Part shown: positions 1 through 9,509 of the stretch, piece after piece
Layout of the letters: each line of letters opens with the position of its first letter
Numbering within the stretch: position 1 is the stretch's first letter
NCBI GenBank assembly: GCA_051251915.1
Contig: JBPOGF010000019.1
Location: 1-64,000 of the forward strand
From: Akkermansiaceae bacterium
Lineage (GTDB): Bacteria; Verrucomicrobiota; Verrucomicrobiia; Verrucomicrobiales; Akkermansiaceae
DNA: 64,000 bases
Direction: 5' to 3'
Translations under genes and position numbers: made by a program
The notes under the pieces: model-generated
The model's input: the letters and a program-made list of their open reading frames with translations, nothing else
Databases searched by the model: none
Told to the model about the DNA's origin: nothing

Positions 1-139
1 TTTAAGACGTCTAAAATTCTATCAAAATTTGTTCACAAATAGATCTGTGTAAAAGTCAGGGTTTTACCCTGGGCTGGATATGTTTTGCTCCGTTGGAGCG
101 GGGTTGATGGGTATTTGGTGATGGGAGGGGGTAAGTTTT

Positions 140-979
140 TTAGATTTTGCCGCAGGCTAGGTTTTGGTTCATTTCTTGGGCTGGGTTTTCTTCGCTGGAG
201 GTGCCTACTTCTATGGCGGGGACACCGGCTACGGTGGTGTGTGGGGGGACGTCTTGGAGGACGACGCTGCCGGCTCCGATCTTGGCTCCGGTGCAGATTT
301 CTACGCGGCCGAGGATCTTGGCTCCGGCTCCGATGAGGACTCCGGTGCGGACGATGGGGTGGCGTGCTCCTTCTTGTTTGCCTGTGCCTCCGAGGGTGAC
401 TTCGTGCATGATGGAGACGTCGTCTTCTACGATGGCGGTTTCTCCTATGACGACGCTGGTGGCGTGGTCGATGAAGATGCCGCAGCCGATTTGTGCGCCT
501 GGGTGGATGTCTACGCCGAAGACTTCGCTGGTGATGCTTTGGAAGTAGAGGGCGAGGGGTTTTCTGTTCTGGTTCCAGAGGTAGTGGGCGATGCGGTGGG
601 TGGTGACTGCTAGGAAGCCTTTGAAGAAGAGCATGGGTTCTAGCATGTTTTGGCAAGCGGGGTCACGGTCGACGATGGCTTGCATGTCAGCTACTGCGCT
701 ACAGGTGATTTTCTTGTCTGCTGTGAAAATTTCTAGGAGGAGTGGCATGAGTTCATCACGGCTCATGTCTTCTCTTCCTAGCTTCCGTGCTAGGCGTGCA
801 GCTAGGGCTGTGTTTATGCATGGGCGCACTAGGATGACGTCTGAGAGGAGGGCTTGTAGTTGAGGCTCTGTGTCTGCTAGGTGGGTGGCTCGGAGCTTGA
901 TTGATTCCCAGCTTTGCTTGATGTCGACATCAGTTGCATGACAGAGTTTGTAAGTATTGGAGTTAGAGTTGTGGTCCAT
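140..979 (-). CDS. cysE: Serine O-acetyltransferase
   Basis: RDPAC, FFKGFLA, GVDIHPGAQIG, IDHATSVVIGETA, HEVTLGGTGK and RHP motifs with hexapeptide repeats. Confidence 0.95.
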   Translation of the reverse strand: MDHNSNSNTYKLCHATDVDIKQSWESIKLRATHLADTEPQLQALLSDVILVRPCINTALAARLARKLGREDMSRDELMPLLLEIFTADKKITCSAVADMQAIVDRDPACQNMLEPMLFFKGFLAVTTHRIAHYLWNQNRKPLALYFQSITSEVFGVDIHPGAQIGCGIFIDHATSVVIGETAIVEDDVSIMHEVTLGGTGKQEGARHPIVRTGVLIGAGAKILGRVEICTGAKIGAGSVVLQDVPPHTTVAGVPAIEVGTSSEENPAQEMNQNLACGKI

Positions 980-999
980 GATGTGGTTGATTCGTTCTA

Positions 1000-1407
1000 G
1001 TGAAAGTTTCCCAGAAATTAGAATATGCCTGTAGAGCGGCGGTGCAGCTAGCGAAGAATAACGATAGCATACTTAGGCTGGATGAGATAGCACAACGCGA
1101 GAATGTGTCATCGAATTTCCTTGTCCAGATTTTAAATGCGCTGAAGGCTGAAGGGATAATTCAGAGTAAGCGGGGTAAGAATGGGGGGTATTTTATGGAG
1201 CGGAATCCGGAGGATATTAGCCTGTTTGAAATAGTGAAGGCTATGGGTTCTGGTATGGTGGCAGAGGTGGCTGAGCAGGAGGGGCAGTCTGCTGGTTCGG
1301 TTGCTAATACTTGGGTGAAGATTAGTAAGGATTTTGATACGCTTTTGAAGGAGACTTCGCTTCAGGATATGATGGGGAATGAGGATACTTATATGTATTA
1401 TATTTAA
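1000..1407 (+). CDS. Rrf2-family transcriptional regulator (CymR-like, no Fe-S Cys triad)
   Basis: EYACRA...EIAQRENVSSNFLVQILNALK...SKRGKNGGY wHTH; GTG start; divergent from cysE. Confidence 0.9.
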   Translation: MKVSQKLEYACRAAVQLAKNNDSILRLDEIAQRENVSSNFLVQILNALKAEGIIQSKRGKNGGYFMERNPEDISLFEIVKAMGSGMVAEVAEQEGQSAGSVANTWVKISKDFDTLLKETSLQDMMGNEDTYMYYI

Positions 1408-1417
1408 GCTGCGCTTA

Positions 1418-1446
1418 GTCATTGGTCATTGGTCAATGGTCAATGG
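1418..1446. repeat. Heptamer tandem repeat GTCA(T/A)TG x4
   Basis: gtcattg gtcattg gtcaatg gtcaatg read directly. Confidence 0.85.
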
Positions 1447-1504
1447 GGCTTGGGTTGTGGTCTTGGCTTGATGTTGCTTTGGTTTCCGAGCTAGGGGGAG
1501 TTGG

Positions 1505-1705
1505 TTAGCCTCCAGCGGCGATGTTGATGATTTCTAGGTGGTCGTTTTCTTGGAGGGAGATGGTGGGGTAGTGACGGGGGAAGATGGCGGTTTTGTTGTG
1601 CTCGATGACTACGGGTTTGCCGGTTAGGTCTAGGGTTTCTAGGAGCTGGGTGATGTTTTGTGGTGATGAAATTTCCTTTTCTACGCCGTTGAGGGTGATT
1701 TTCAT
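1505..1705 (-). CDS. thiS: Sulfur carrier protein ThiS
   Basis: 66 aa, MKITLNG start, VVIEHN, C-terminal GG; next to thiH. Confidence 0.93.
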   Translation of the reverse strand: MKITLNGVEKEISSPQNITQLLETLDLTGKPVVIEHNKTAIFPRHYPTISLQENDHLEIINIAAGG

Positions 1706-1716
1706 TGTGGTGCGGG

Positions 1717-2856
1717 TTAGTGGTTTAGGATGGCTTGGTCCCAGTCTTTCCAGACGGGTTCGTAGCCTTGGGAGTGGAGGAGCTGGGCGATGGCGGAGGG
1801 GGAGCGGGTGTCATCGATGGTGAATTGCTCGGTGGCTTTTTGGCAGGGTTTGATTTCTGCTGGGGTGAGTTCTACGCGTTTGCCTTTGATGGTGAGGTGT
1901 AGGTCATCGTGTCCGGCGCCGGTGTAGCCGCCGGGTTCTGTTTGTGAGCCGGCTGACATGTGGGTGACGCCTAGTGGGATGAGGGAGTCACGGAGTGATG
2001 CGGGCTCGCGGGTGCTGAGGACGATGTTGACTTGTGGGAAGCAGATGCGGAAGGCGAACATGAGCTGGACGAAGGCTTTGTCGTTTAGGAAGAGGTCTGG
2101 GTTTGGGGTGTATTGGTAGTTTCCGGCGTAGGGGCGCATGCGTGGGAAGGCTACGGAGAAGGAGGCTTTCCAGCAGTGTTTGTAGAGATATTCGAGGTGG
2201 GCTGCGAGGGCGATGGCTTCTTGGCGCCAGGGGGCGAGGCCGAAGAGGGCGCCGATGCCGATGCGACGGAATCCGCCGGCGTAGGCTCGCTCTGGGCATT
2301 CTAGGCGCCAGTCAAAATTTTTCTTGGGTCCAGCTGTGTGGAGTTTTGCGTAGGCTTCACGGACGTAGGTTTCTTGGTAGACGATGAGTCCTTCTGCGCC
2401 GTGGTTTACGAGTTCGCCGTATTGGTGGTCTTTCATGGGACCGACTTCGATGGCGATGGTGGGGATGAAGGATTTGATGGCGTCTATGCAGTTTTGGAGG
2501 TAGCCTTCTGAGACGAATTTGGGGTGCTCGCCGGCGACGAGGAGGATGTTTCTGAACCCTAGGGAGTAGAGGTGGCGGGCTTCGGTGACGACTTGGTCGA
2601 TGGTGAGGGTGGTGCGGAGGATGGCGTTGTCACGTGAGAAGCCGCAGTAGGTGCAGTTGTTTACGCATTCATTGGAGACGTAGAGTGGTGCGAAGAGGCG
2701 CATGGTTTTGCCAAAGTTCTGGAGTGTGAGGCGCTGGCTTTGGTGAGCCATGGCTTCTAGTTGCTCGTTGTTGGCAGGTGCGATGAGGTTTTCAAATTTC
2801 CGTAGGAGGGCGGATTTTTGTTCAGGCAGTTTGTTGAATGTTTCTACGAATGACAT
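1717..2856 (-). CDS. thiH: 2-iminoacetate synthase ThiH (radical SAM)
   Basis: LFAPLYVSNECVNNCTYCGF (CxxxCxxC), YQETY, SAGSQTEPGGY, GYEPVWKDWD; likely ATG at 2856. Confidence 0.93.
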   Translation of the reverse strand: MSFVETFNKLPEQKSALLRKFENLIAPANNEQLEAMAHQSQRLTLQNFGKTMRLFAPLYVSNECVNNCTYCGFSRDNAILRTTLTIDQVVTEARHLYSLGFRNILLVAGEHPKFVSEGYLQNCIDAIKSFIPTIAIEVGPMKDHQYGELVNHGAEGLIVYQETYVREAYAKLHTAGPKKNFDWRLECPERAYAGGFRRIGIGALFGLAPWRQEAIALAAHLEYLYKHCWKASFSVAFPRMRPYAGNYQYTPNPDLFLNDKAFVQLMFAFRICFPQVNIVLSTREPASLRDSLIPLGVTHMSAGSQTEPGGYTGAGHDDLHLTIKGKRVELTPAEIKPCQKATEQFTIDDTRSPSAIAQLLHSQGYEPVWKDWDQAILNH

Positions 2857-2910
2857 GGTGATTTGTTGGATTATCAATGAGGCATGAGGGGGAGGTTGTC
2901 AAATGTTGTG

Positions 2911-2980
2911 ATTGGTTATTGGTTATTGGTTATTGGTTATTGGTTATTGGTTATTGGTTATTGGTTATTGGTTATTGGTT
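2911..2980. repeat. Perfect heptamer microsatellite (ATTGGTT)x10
   Basis: 70 bp, 10 exact units, intergenic between divergent genes. Confidence 0.97.
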
Positions 2981-3010
2981 AAGTGGGGTGGGTGTGGTTA
3001 TGGTGTGTGG

Positions 3011-3745
3011 ATGGAACCTAGTTTTAAAGTGATTGATTATCAGGAGACGCCACTTGGGGCGGTGATGTTGCGGAAGCGGAGGATGATGACGTTGGGTAAT
3101 TTGGAGGTTTATGAGATTATGCTGGGGGCTGATTTTTTGATGTCTTCTTTGTTTACGGTGGTGGAGGAGGCTTTGTCGACTTTGGGGTTGGCTACGACTG
3201 AGGAGATTTTTCCGGGGAATGCTGGGTTGAAGGTTGTTGTGGGTGGTTTGGGGTTGGGTTATACGGGGAGGGTGGCTTTGGATCATGAGTCTGTGGGGGA
3301 GTTGATTATTGTGGATTATTTACAACCGGTGATAGATTGGCATAAGGAGGGGTTGGTTCCGCTGGGAGCGGGGTTGAGTGGGGATGAGAGGTGTAAGTTT
3401 GAGCATGGGGATTTCTTTAAGCGGGCGGTGAGTGAGGGGGGAGTGGGGTTTGACTCAGGAGCGGCAGGGAAGAAATTTCATGCGATCTTGCTGGATATAG
3501 ATCATTCGCCGGATCATTTGCTGAATCCTAGGCATGCTAGCTTTTATGAGGCGGAGGGGCTGGGGAAGATGAAGGAGCAGTTGGTGGAGGGCGGGGTGTT
3601 TGCGCTTTGGTCAGATGATCCGCCGGAGGAGAGGTTTTTAGGGGCTTTGGGGGAGGTGTTTGGGCATTGTGAGACGCATGTAGTGCCGTTTAGTAATCCG
3701 ATTTTGGGGAGGGATAGTGAGAGTACTGTTTATGTTTGTTTTTAG
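3011..3745 (+). CDS. Spermidine synthase-like class I SAM-dependent protein
   Basis: FLMSS, VVGGLGLGYT SAM motif, ILLDIDHSP; start set at ATG 3011 because the upstream in-frame sequence is the repeat. Confidence 0.85.
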   Translation: MEPSFKVIDYQETPLGAVMLRKRRMMTLGNLEVYEIMLGADFLMSSLFTVVEEALSTLGLATTEEIFPGNAGLKVVVGGLGLGYTGRVALDHESVGELIIVDYLQPVIDWHKEGLVPLGAGLSGDERCKFEHGDFFKRAVSEGGVGFDSGAAGKKFHAILLDIDHSPDHLLNPRHASFYEAEGLGKMKEQLVEGGVFALWSDDPPEERFLGALGEVFGHCETHVVPFSNPILGRDSESTVYVCF

Positions 3746-3779
3746 TGGAATGTGTAGGGAGGGGGGGATTAGTTTACTT

Positions 3780-5195
3780 TTACTTTTCTTTCTTCTCCTT
3801 TTTAGTTGGCTTGTCTTTTTTATCCTTACTCCTAGCTGCTGAGAGTGCGTTTGGACTGGGTTCTAGTGGGAGAGTGGCTTTCCAGGAGTCGATTTTCTGG
3901 GTGAGTTGTAGGACGATTTCAGGGTTTTCTGAGGCGAGGTTTTTTTGCTCTTTCCAGTCGTTTACTAGGTCGTAGAGTTCTGCTTGGTTGGTCTTTTTGT
4001 TGACGAGTAGTTTCCATTTTCCTTCGCGCATTCCGATGGATGGCCAGGTGAATTCTTGGTTGGCTCCGCCTCTCCATTCCCAGAAGATGGGTTTTGTGCG
4101 TTGGATGGGAGTTCCTTTGAATGCGGCGAGGACGTTTTCTCCGTCTGGGGCGTATTCTTTAGGGAGTTCTACTCCGGCGGCTGCGAGGAAGGTGGGGAGT
4201 AGGTCTACGGCTGTGACTACTGATGTGGTGTCGATTTTTCCTTTGGGTGTGTGGGCTGGCCAGCGGACGATGAATGGGACGCGGATGCCGCCGGCGAAGA
4301 GGGAACGTTTTTCGCCTTTGAGGCCGCCTGTTTCACCAACTGAGTAGAATTTTCCGAGGCCTTGTCCTTTGTGGCCTTTATCGTCGGTTGAGTGTTCTGG
4401 GCCGTTGTCTGTGGAGAAGACTACGAGTGTGTTTTGGTCGATACTGAGTTCTTTTAGGAGTGCGAAGATGCGGCCTACTGCTTCGTCACCTTCGGCGATG
4501 ACTGCGGCGTAGACTTGCTGGGCTTCTGGGAGGTGTTTGAATTTTTCCATGTAACGCTCAACTGGGAGGTGTGGTGTGTGGACTTCGTGGAGCCAGAGGT
4601 TGATGAAGAATGGTTGGGAGGGGTTTTCTTTGTGTGTTTCGCGAATGAATTTCTCGGTGTGGGTGACTGAGGATAGTCCGCCTTTGGGGATTTCGTTTTT
4701 GCCTGAGCCGTTAAATGTGGCGTAGGAGTGGTATCCGTAAGCGTCTTCTGTGGGTGAGTCATTGACGCTGCCTAGGTGCCATTTTCCGAAGTGTCCGGTT
4801 TTGTATCCTGCTTGCTGGAGGAGGCGTGGGAGCATGGTGGCTTGAGGGTCTAGCCAGTCTGGCATGCCGCGTTTGATGTGTGCTTTGATGCCTTGGAAGT
4901 GTTGGTGGATGGAGTGTCTGGCTGGGAACTGGCCGGTCATGACGGCGACGCGACTGGGGGTGCAGACGGGGCTGTTTACGGTGAAGTTAGAGAAATCTAT
5001 TCCTTCTTCTGCCATTTGGTCCATGTGTGGGGTCTGGCAGAAGGTGCTGCCGTGCTTGCTCATGTCTGCGTAGCCCCAGTCGTCTGCGAAGATGAAGATG
5101 ATGTTGGGTTGCTCAGCGGTAGCGGAGGTGAGGGGGAGGAGTAGGAGAGCTGCGGTGATGCTGAAAGCGCGTTTGAGATGGTTTGAAGTTTTCAT
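3780..5195 (-). CDS. Secreted formylglycine-dependent (S1) sulfatase
   Basis: Signal peptide, PNIIFIFADD, CTPSR, GKWHLG, TDNG. Confidence 0.95.
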   Translation of the reverse strand: MKTSNHLKRAFSITAALLLLPLTSATAEQPNIIFIFADDWGYADMSKHGSTFCQTPHMDQMAEEGIDFSNFTVNSPVCTPSRVAVMTGQFPARHSIHQHFQGIKAHIKRGMPDWLDPQATMLPRLLQQAGYKTGHFGKWHLGSVNDSPTEDAYGYHSYATFNGSGKNEIPKGGLSSVTHTEKFIRETHKENPSQPFFINLWLHEVHTPHLPVERYMEKFKHLPEAQQVYAAVIAEGDEAVGRIFALLKELSIDQNTLVVFSTDNGPEHSTDDKGHKGQGLGKFYSVGETGGLKGEKRSLFAGGIRVPFIVRWPAHTPKGKIDTTSVVTAVDLLPTFLAAAGVELPKEYAPDGENVLAAFKGTPIQRTKPIFWEWRGGANQEFTWPSIGMREGKWKLLVNKKTNQAELYDLVNDWKEQKNLASENPEIVLQLTQKIDSWKATLPLEPSPNALSAARSKDKKDKPTKKEKKEK

Positions 5196-5386
5196 TTTGT
5201 TGGTGAGATGGGTTTATGGGGAGTAAGTGTATTCACGTTGCTATAAATGGTGAGTTTATGAAATCATCTAGGGAGGGGGGGAGCAAGGTGAATTTTGTAG
5301 ATGGTTGATCTTTACATGCGGGCGTTTAGGTTTAGTTCTTTTTGGAAGTAATAGCAGTTTTATATACGAACGAACGAGATTTGGAG

Positions 5387-8300
5387 ATGGAAGAGAAAGC
5401 GTGGGATTTTGAATATCCGGATTTGCCAGTAAGTGGGGCGAGGGATGAGGTGTTGTCTGCACTAAAGGATCACCAGGTGGTGGTGGTGGTGGGTGATACG
5501 GGGAGTGGAAAGACGACTCAGTTGCCTAAGATGGCGTTGGAGTATTTGGCGGGGGATTCTGTTTCTAAAGGAAAGTTGGTGGGGTGTACTCAGCCTAGGA
5601 GGATAGCTGCGGCTAGTGTTGCCAAGCGTGTGGCTGAGGAGATGGGGGTGAAGCTTGGTGATGAGGTGGGGTACCAGGTGAGGTTTGATGATGCTTGTGG
5701 TAGGGATACGGTGCTGAAGTTCATGACGGATGGGATTTTACTGGCGGAGACACAGGGTGATGTGAAGCTGGGAGATTATGGGGTGATTATTATTGATGAG
5801 GCTCATGAGCGGAGTTTGAATATTGATTTTCTGTTGGGGTATTTGAAGCGGTTGTTAGATCAGAGGAGTGATTTGCGGGTGATTATTTCTTCGGCGACGA
5901 TGGATGCGGGTGGGTTTGCTGATTTCTTTGGGAAAGAGACTCCTGTTATTGATGTGGAGGGGCGGACGTTTCCTGTGGAGACGCGGTATCTGAATCAGCG
6001 TGAGGATGAGGATATGGCTAGGTGTGTGGCGCGGTGTGTGGGCGAGATCTGTAAGGAGGATGGTGGTGGTCTGGGTGATGTGCTGGTGTTCTTGCCGGGG
6101 GAGCGTGAGATCCGTGAGTGTGCGGATGTGCTGGAGGGGAGGAATTTTGCGAGGACTGAGGTGTTGCCGTTGTATGCGCGGATGGGGATGGCTGAGCAGC
6201 AGAGGGTGTTTAATACGATACCTGGTGTTAGGCGTGTGGTGATGGCTACGAATGTGGCGGAGACTTCGCTGACTATTCCAGGGATCGTGTATGTGATCGA
6301 CACTGGTGTGGCGCGGGTGAGCAGGTGGAATCCGAGTAGGCAGGTGCAGAGGTTGCAGGTGGAGAAGATAAGTAAGGCGAGTGCGAGGCAGCGTAAGGGT
6401 AGGTGTGGGCGTGTGTCTGAGGGGGTGTGTTACCGGTTGTATGAGGAGGAGGATTTTGAGGAGAGGGATGAGTTTACAGATCCGGAGATTAAGCGTAGTT
6501 CGCTGGCTGGGGTTATTTTGCGGATGAAGAGTTTGAGGTTGCCTGAGATTGAGGATTTCCCGTTTTTGGATCCGCCGTCGTCTAAGCATGTGGCTGAGGG
6601 GTATAGGACTCTGAGGGAGATCGATGCTCTGGATGATGGGAATGATCTGACGGGGACAGGTAGGCAGCTGGCGCGGGTGCCGGTGGAGCCTAGGTTGGCG
6701 CGTATGTTGTTAGAGTCTGTTAGGGTGGGGTGCTATGAGGAGATGTTGGTGATAGTGAGTGGGTTGAGCGTGATGGATCCGAAGGAGCGTCCGGCGGATA
6801 GGCAGAGGGAGGCGGATGATGCGCATAAGAGGTGGGATGATGAGGAGTCTGATTTTACGTCGTTGTTGCATTTGTGGCGTGATTTGAGTCAGTTTAGGGA
6901 TAAGAGGGGGTGGCAGAGGAATCAGTTGAGGAAGTTTTGTAAGCGGAATTATTTGAATTTCAGGAGGGCTATGGAGTGGGGGAATCTGCATAGGGAGTTG
7001 CGGCAGGTGAAAATTTCTAAACATGTGATCAAGGGTGAGCTTGGGGAGATGAAGGGGTGGGCTAGTCATGAGGTGCTGCATAAGGCGTTGCTGGTGGGGA
7101 TGCCGAGGCAGGTGGGGAAGAATGATAAGGAGGCTAGGGCTTACAAGGGTGTGAGTGCGCGGGAGTTTGCGATTTTTCCTGGGAGTGGGATGTTTGGTCA
7201 GAAGAAGCCTGACTGGGTGCTGGCTTATGATATGGTGGATACTTCACGGTTGTGGGCGCGGAGGGTGGCGATGATAGATCCGGTGTGGCTGGAGGAGGTG
7301 GTGCCGCATTTGTGTAGGTATAGGTATCATAGTGCGAAGTGGGATAGGAAGCAGGGGGCGGTGTATGCGAAGGAGATAGTGATGTTTGGTCCGTTGGCGA
7401 TAGTGGATGAGCGGAGTGTGCATTATGGGAGAATAGATGCGAGGGCGTCTTGGGAGATTTTTGTTAGAGAGGGATTGTTAGGGAATGGTCTGCATAGGAA
7501 GCCAAAGTGTCTGAGGAGGTTGGATTCATTGCGTGATAGGGTGGCTGATATGGAGCAGAAGTTGAGGCGTGTTGGTGGTGTGTGGAGTGAGGAGCGGGTG
7601 GTGGATTTTTTTGAGGCGAGGATACCTAAGGAGATTTTTACGGCTAAGGCTTTTAACAAGTGGGAGAGTGAGCATGGGGATGAACTTGTGATGGAGATGC
7701 AGGACGTGATGTATGATGACGTTTCTGATCTTGAGTGGGAGTTGGAGAAGTATCCAAGTGTGGTGAAGGACGGGGTGCAGGAGTATCCGGTGTATTACCG
7801 CGTGGCTCATGGTGAGGTGGATGATGGGGTGACGCTGGGGGTGCATATTGATCAGTTGTTAGAGATCAGTGAGGCGATTCCGAGTTGGGGTGTAGAGGGG
7901 ATGTTGGAAGAGCGGGTGTTTTTGTTAATTAGGAGTCTGCCTAAGGGGCAGAGGGTGGCTTGTAATCCTGCGGGAGCGACTGCTAAGGAATTTGTTAGCT
8001 ATGTGTGTGATGGGCGATTGTTTGGTGATGGGGAGTTGCTGGAAGTGCTGGCTGAGTATTTATCGAGATTAACGGGGGTGAGCATCGACTCGCGGATGTT
8101 TGATGTGGAGAAGCTGCCAGAAGAGCTACATACTAAGGTCTGGGTGTGTGATGATGATGGGAATGAGCTCGCGATGGGGAAATCTGTGGCTGAGTTGCGC
8201 AAAAGGCTTAGGGATCTGTTAGATGCTAGATTTGAAAGAGAGAGTGGGGCTGAGTGGGAGGTGAGCGGTATGCAGGGGTGGGAGTGTGATGCTCTTCCTG

Positions 8301-9112
8301 AGCAGATAGAGGTTCGCGGGAAGTTTGCATTTCCGGCATTGGTGGATGAGGGAAGTTCTGTGGGGGTGAAAGTTTATTTAACTGAGTGGGAGGCTGAATG
8401 GAGTCATAGGTCAGGATGTGTGAGGTTGTTTTTGTTAGAACATGCGGATCATACTAAGTATGTGATGAAGAATATGCCGGTATCAACTGAGTTGAAGTTG
8501 TATCTACCTCATCTGGGTGGGGGAGTGAACCAGGCGGAGTTGTTACGCTGTGCTGTGGAAGGTGTATTTGGTCAGCGTTTTCCGAGAGACGAGTCTGAGT
8601 ATAGAAGGTTGGCTTCAGAAGGCAGGGGGGAGCTTTATGAGTGCTTGGCGCGTGTGGGGGAGCTGCTTGGTGAAGTTATTGATGCATCTAGAGAGGTTGA
8701 GGCATTTTTAGATGAAAATAAAAATGATCAGCACCTGGAGGAGATTATATTTGATATTCGAGGGCAGCTGGATTGGTTGCTGAGGAAGGGCTTTATGATG
8801 CAGGTTGGCTGGAGTGGGCTACAGAGTTATCCTAGTTATTTCCGGGGGATGCTTGAGAGAATTAAGCGAATTTCGGCTCTGCCTTTGATTAAGGATCTTG
8901 AGAAGATGGATCTAGTGCATGACTATTTGATTCCTTGGGAGAAGAAGTGGAAGAATCATCGTGAGGATGGATCGCTCATTGAGGTTGGTTATCTGCTAGA
9001 GGGGTTCCGACTTGTATGCTTGGCTCCTAATGTGCCGACTAACAGGCCGGTGAGTGAGAAGCGGTTGGAAGAGGCTTTAGGTGCCTGTGGGGTAGTCAAG
9101 AGTTCTTCGTGA
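5387..9112 (+). CDS. hrpA: ATP-dependent RNA helicase HrpA
   Basis: GDTGSGKT, TQPRRIAA, DEAH, SAT, QRKGRCGR, long C-terminal region; likely ATG at 5387. Confidence 0.95.
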   Translation: MEEKAWDFEYPDLPVSGARDEVLSALKDHQVVVVVGDTGSGKTTQLPKMALEYLAGDSVSKGKLVGCTQPRRIAAASVAKRVAEEMGVKLGDEVGYQVRFDDACGRDTVLKFMTDGILLAETQGDVKLGDYGVIIIDEAHERSLNIDFLLGYLKRLLDQRSDLRVIISSATMDAGGFADFFGKETPVIDVEGRTFPVETRYLNQREDEDMARCVARCVGEICKEDGGGLGDVLVFLPGEREIRECADVLEGRNFARTEVLPLYARMGMAEQQRVFNTIPGVRRVVMATNVAETSLTIPGIVYVIDTGVARVSRWNPSRQVQRLQVEKISKASARQRKGRCGRVSEGVCYRLYEEEDFEERDEFTDPEIKRSSLAGVILRMKSLRLPEIEDFPFLDPPSSKHVAEGYRTLREIDALDDGNDLTGTGRQLARVPVEPRLARMLLESVRVGCYEEMLVIVSGLSVMDPKERPADRQREADDAHKRWDDEESDFTSLLHLWRDLSQFRDKRGWQRNQLRKFCKRNYLNFRRAMEWGNLHRELRQVKISKHVIKGELGEMKGWASHEVLHKALLVGMPRQVGKNDKEARAYKGVSAREFAIFPGSGMFGQKKPDWVLAYDMVDTSRLWARRVAMIDPVWLEEVVPHLCRYRYHSAKWDRKQGAVYAKEIVMFGPLAIVDERSVHYGRIDARASWEIFVREGLLGNGLHRKPKCLRRLDSLRDRVADMEQKLRRVGGVWSEERVVDFFEARIPKEIFTAKAFNKWESEHGDELVMEMQDVMYDDVSDLEWELEKYPSVVKDGVQEYPVYYRVAHGEVDDGVTLGVHIDQLLEISEAIPSWGVEGMLEERVFLLIRSLPKGQRVACNPAGATAKEFVSYVCDGRLFGDGELLEVLAEYLSRLTGVSIDSRMFDVEKLPEELHTKVWVCDDDGNELAMGKSVAELRKRLRDLLDARFERESGAEWEVSGMQGWECDALPEQIEVRGKFAFPALVDEGSSVGVKVYLTEWEAEWSHRSGCVRLFLLEHADHTKYVMKNMPVSTELKLYLPHLGGGVNQAELLRCAVEGVFGQRFPRDESEYRRLASEGRGELYECLARVGELLGEVIDASREVEAFLDENKNDQHLEEIIFDIRGQLDWLLRKGFMMQVGWSGLQSYPSYFRGMLERIKRISALPLIKDLEKMDLVHDYLIPWEKKWKNHREDGSLIEVGYLLEGFRLVCLAPNVPTNRPVSEKRLEEALGACGVVKSSS

Positions 9113-9377
9113 TAATGAAGCCGTTGATGTTCTCCAGGGGGGCTATGTCCTCTTGGATGATGTTTTTAATGTGGTGTGAGAGGGTGGATTCTTCAGTGAT
9201 CTCTTCGATGAATTCTTTCACTTCTTGGTCTTCACCTTCGATGACTAGTTCGACTGATCCGTCTACTAGATTTTTGATCCAGCCGATGACATCAAATCCC
9301 AGTGCTATTTGACGTGTGGCGTAGCGAAAGCCTACTTTTTGGACACGGCCTTCGAAGATAATTCGTTTGGTAACCAT
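9096..9377 (-). CDS. acyP: Acylphosphatase
   Basis: GRVQKVGFR, GWIKNLVDGSVE. Confidence 0.92.
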   Translation of the reverse strand: MVTKRIIFEGRVQKVGFRYATRQIALGFDVIGWIKNLVDGSVELVIEGEDQEVKEFIEEITEESTLSHHIKNIIQEDIAPLENINGFIITKNS

Positions 9378-9399
9378 AGCTAAGAGATAAATTTAAATC

Positions 9400-9428
9400 A
9401 AAAAAGGCAACCTTTAACAGGTTGCCTT
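9400..9428 (-). terminator. Intrinsic terminator downstream of the beta-barrel gene
   Basis: aaggcaacct-ttaac-aggttgcctt hairpin with a U-tract on the minus strand. Confidence 0.7.
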
Positions 9429-9509
9429 CTTATTTGTTCAACAGGGAGATAATGACGGGGATGCGGGGTTTGCTTCTAGCTTATTGCGATTATATCGGAT
9501 TGAATCGAT

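Noticed and set aside
2911..2980. Possible CRISPR array
   Set aside because: Contiguous 7-mers with no spacers, and no cas genes in the window.
2912..3010. N-terminal VIGYWLL repeats of ORF 2912..3745
   Set aside because: This is just the translated heptamer tract; the family-like sequence starts at ATG 3011.
2857..3010. TPP riboswitch upstream of thiH
   Set aside because: No recognisable TPP aptamer core on the minus strand, and most of the space is taken by the repeat.
33..8202. Many Pro/His/Arg/Thr-rich or Val/Gly-rich overlapping ORFs (e.g. 33..656, 5855..6589)
   Set aside because: Shadow frames of well-supported genes, produced by strand compositional skew; the same applies to similar overlapping ORFs throughout the window.
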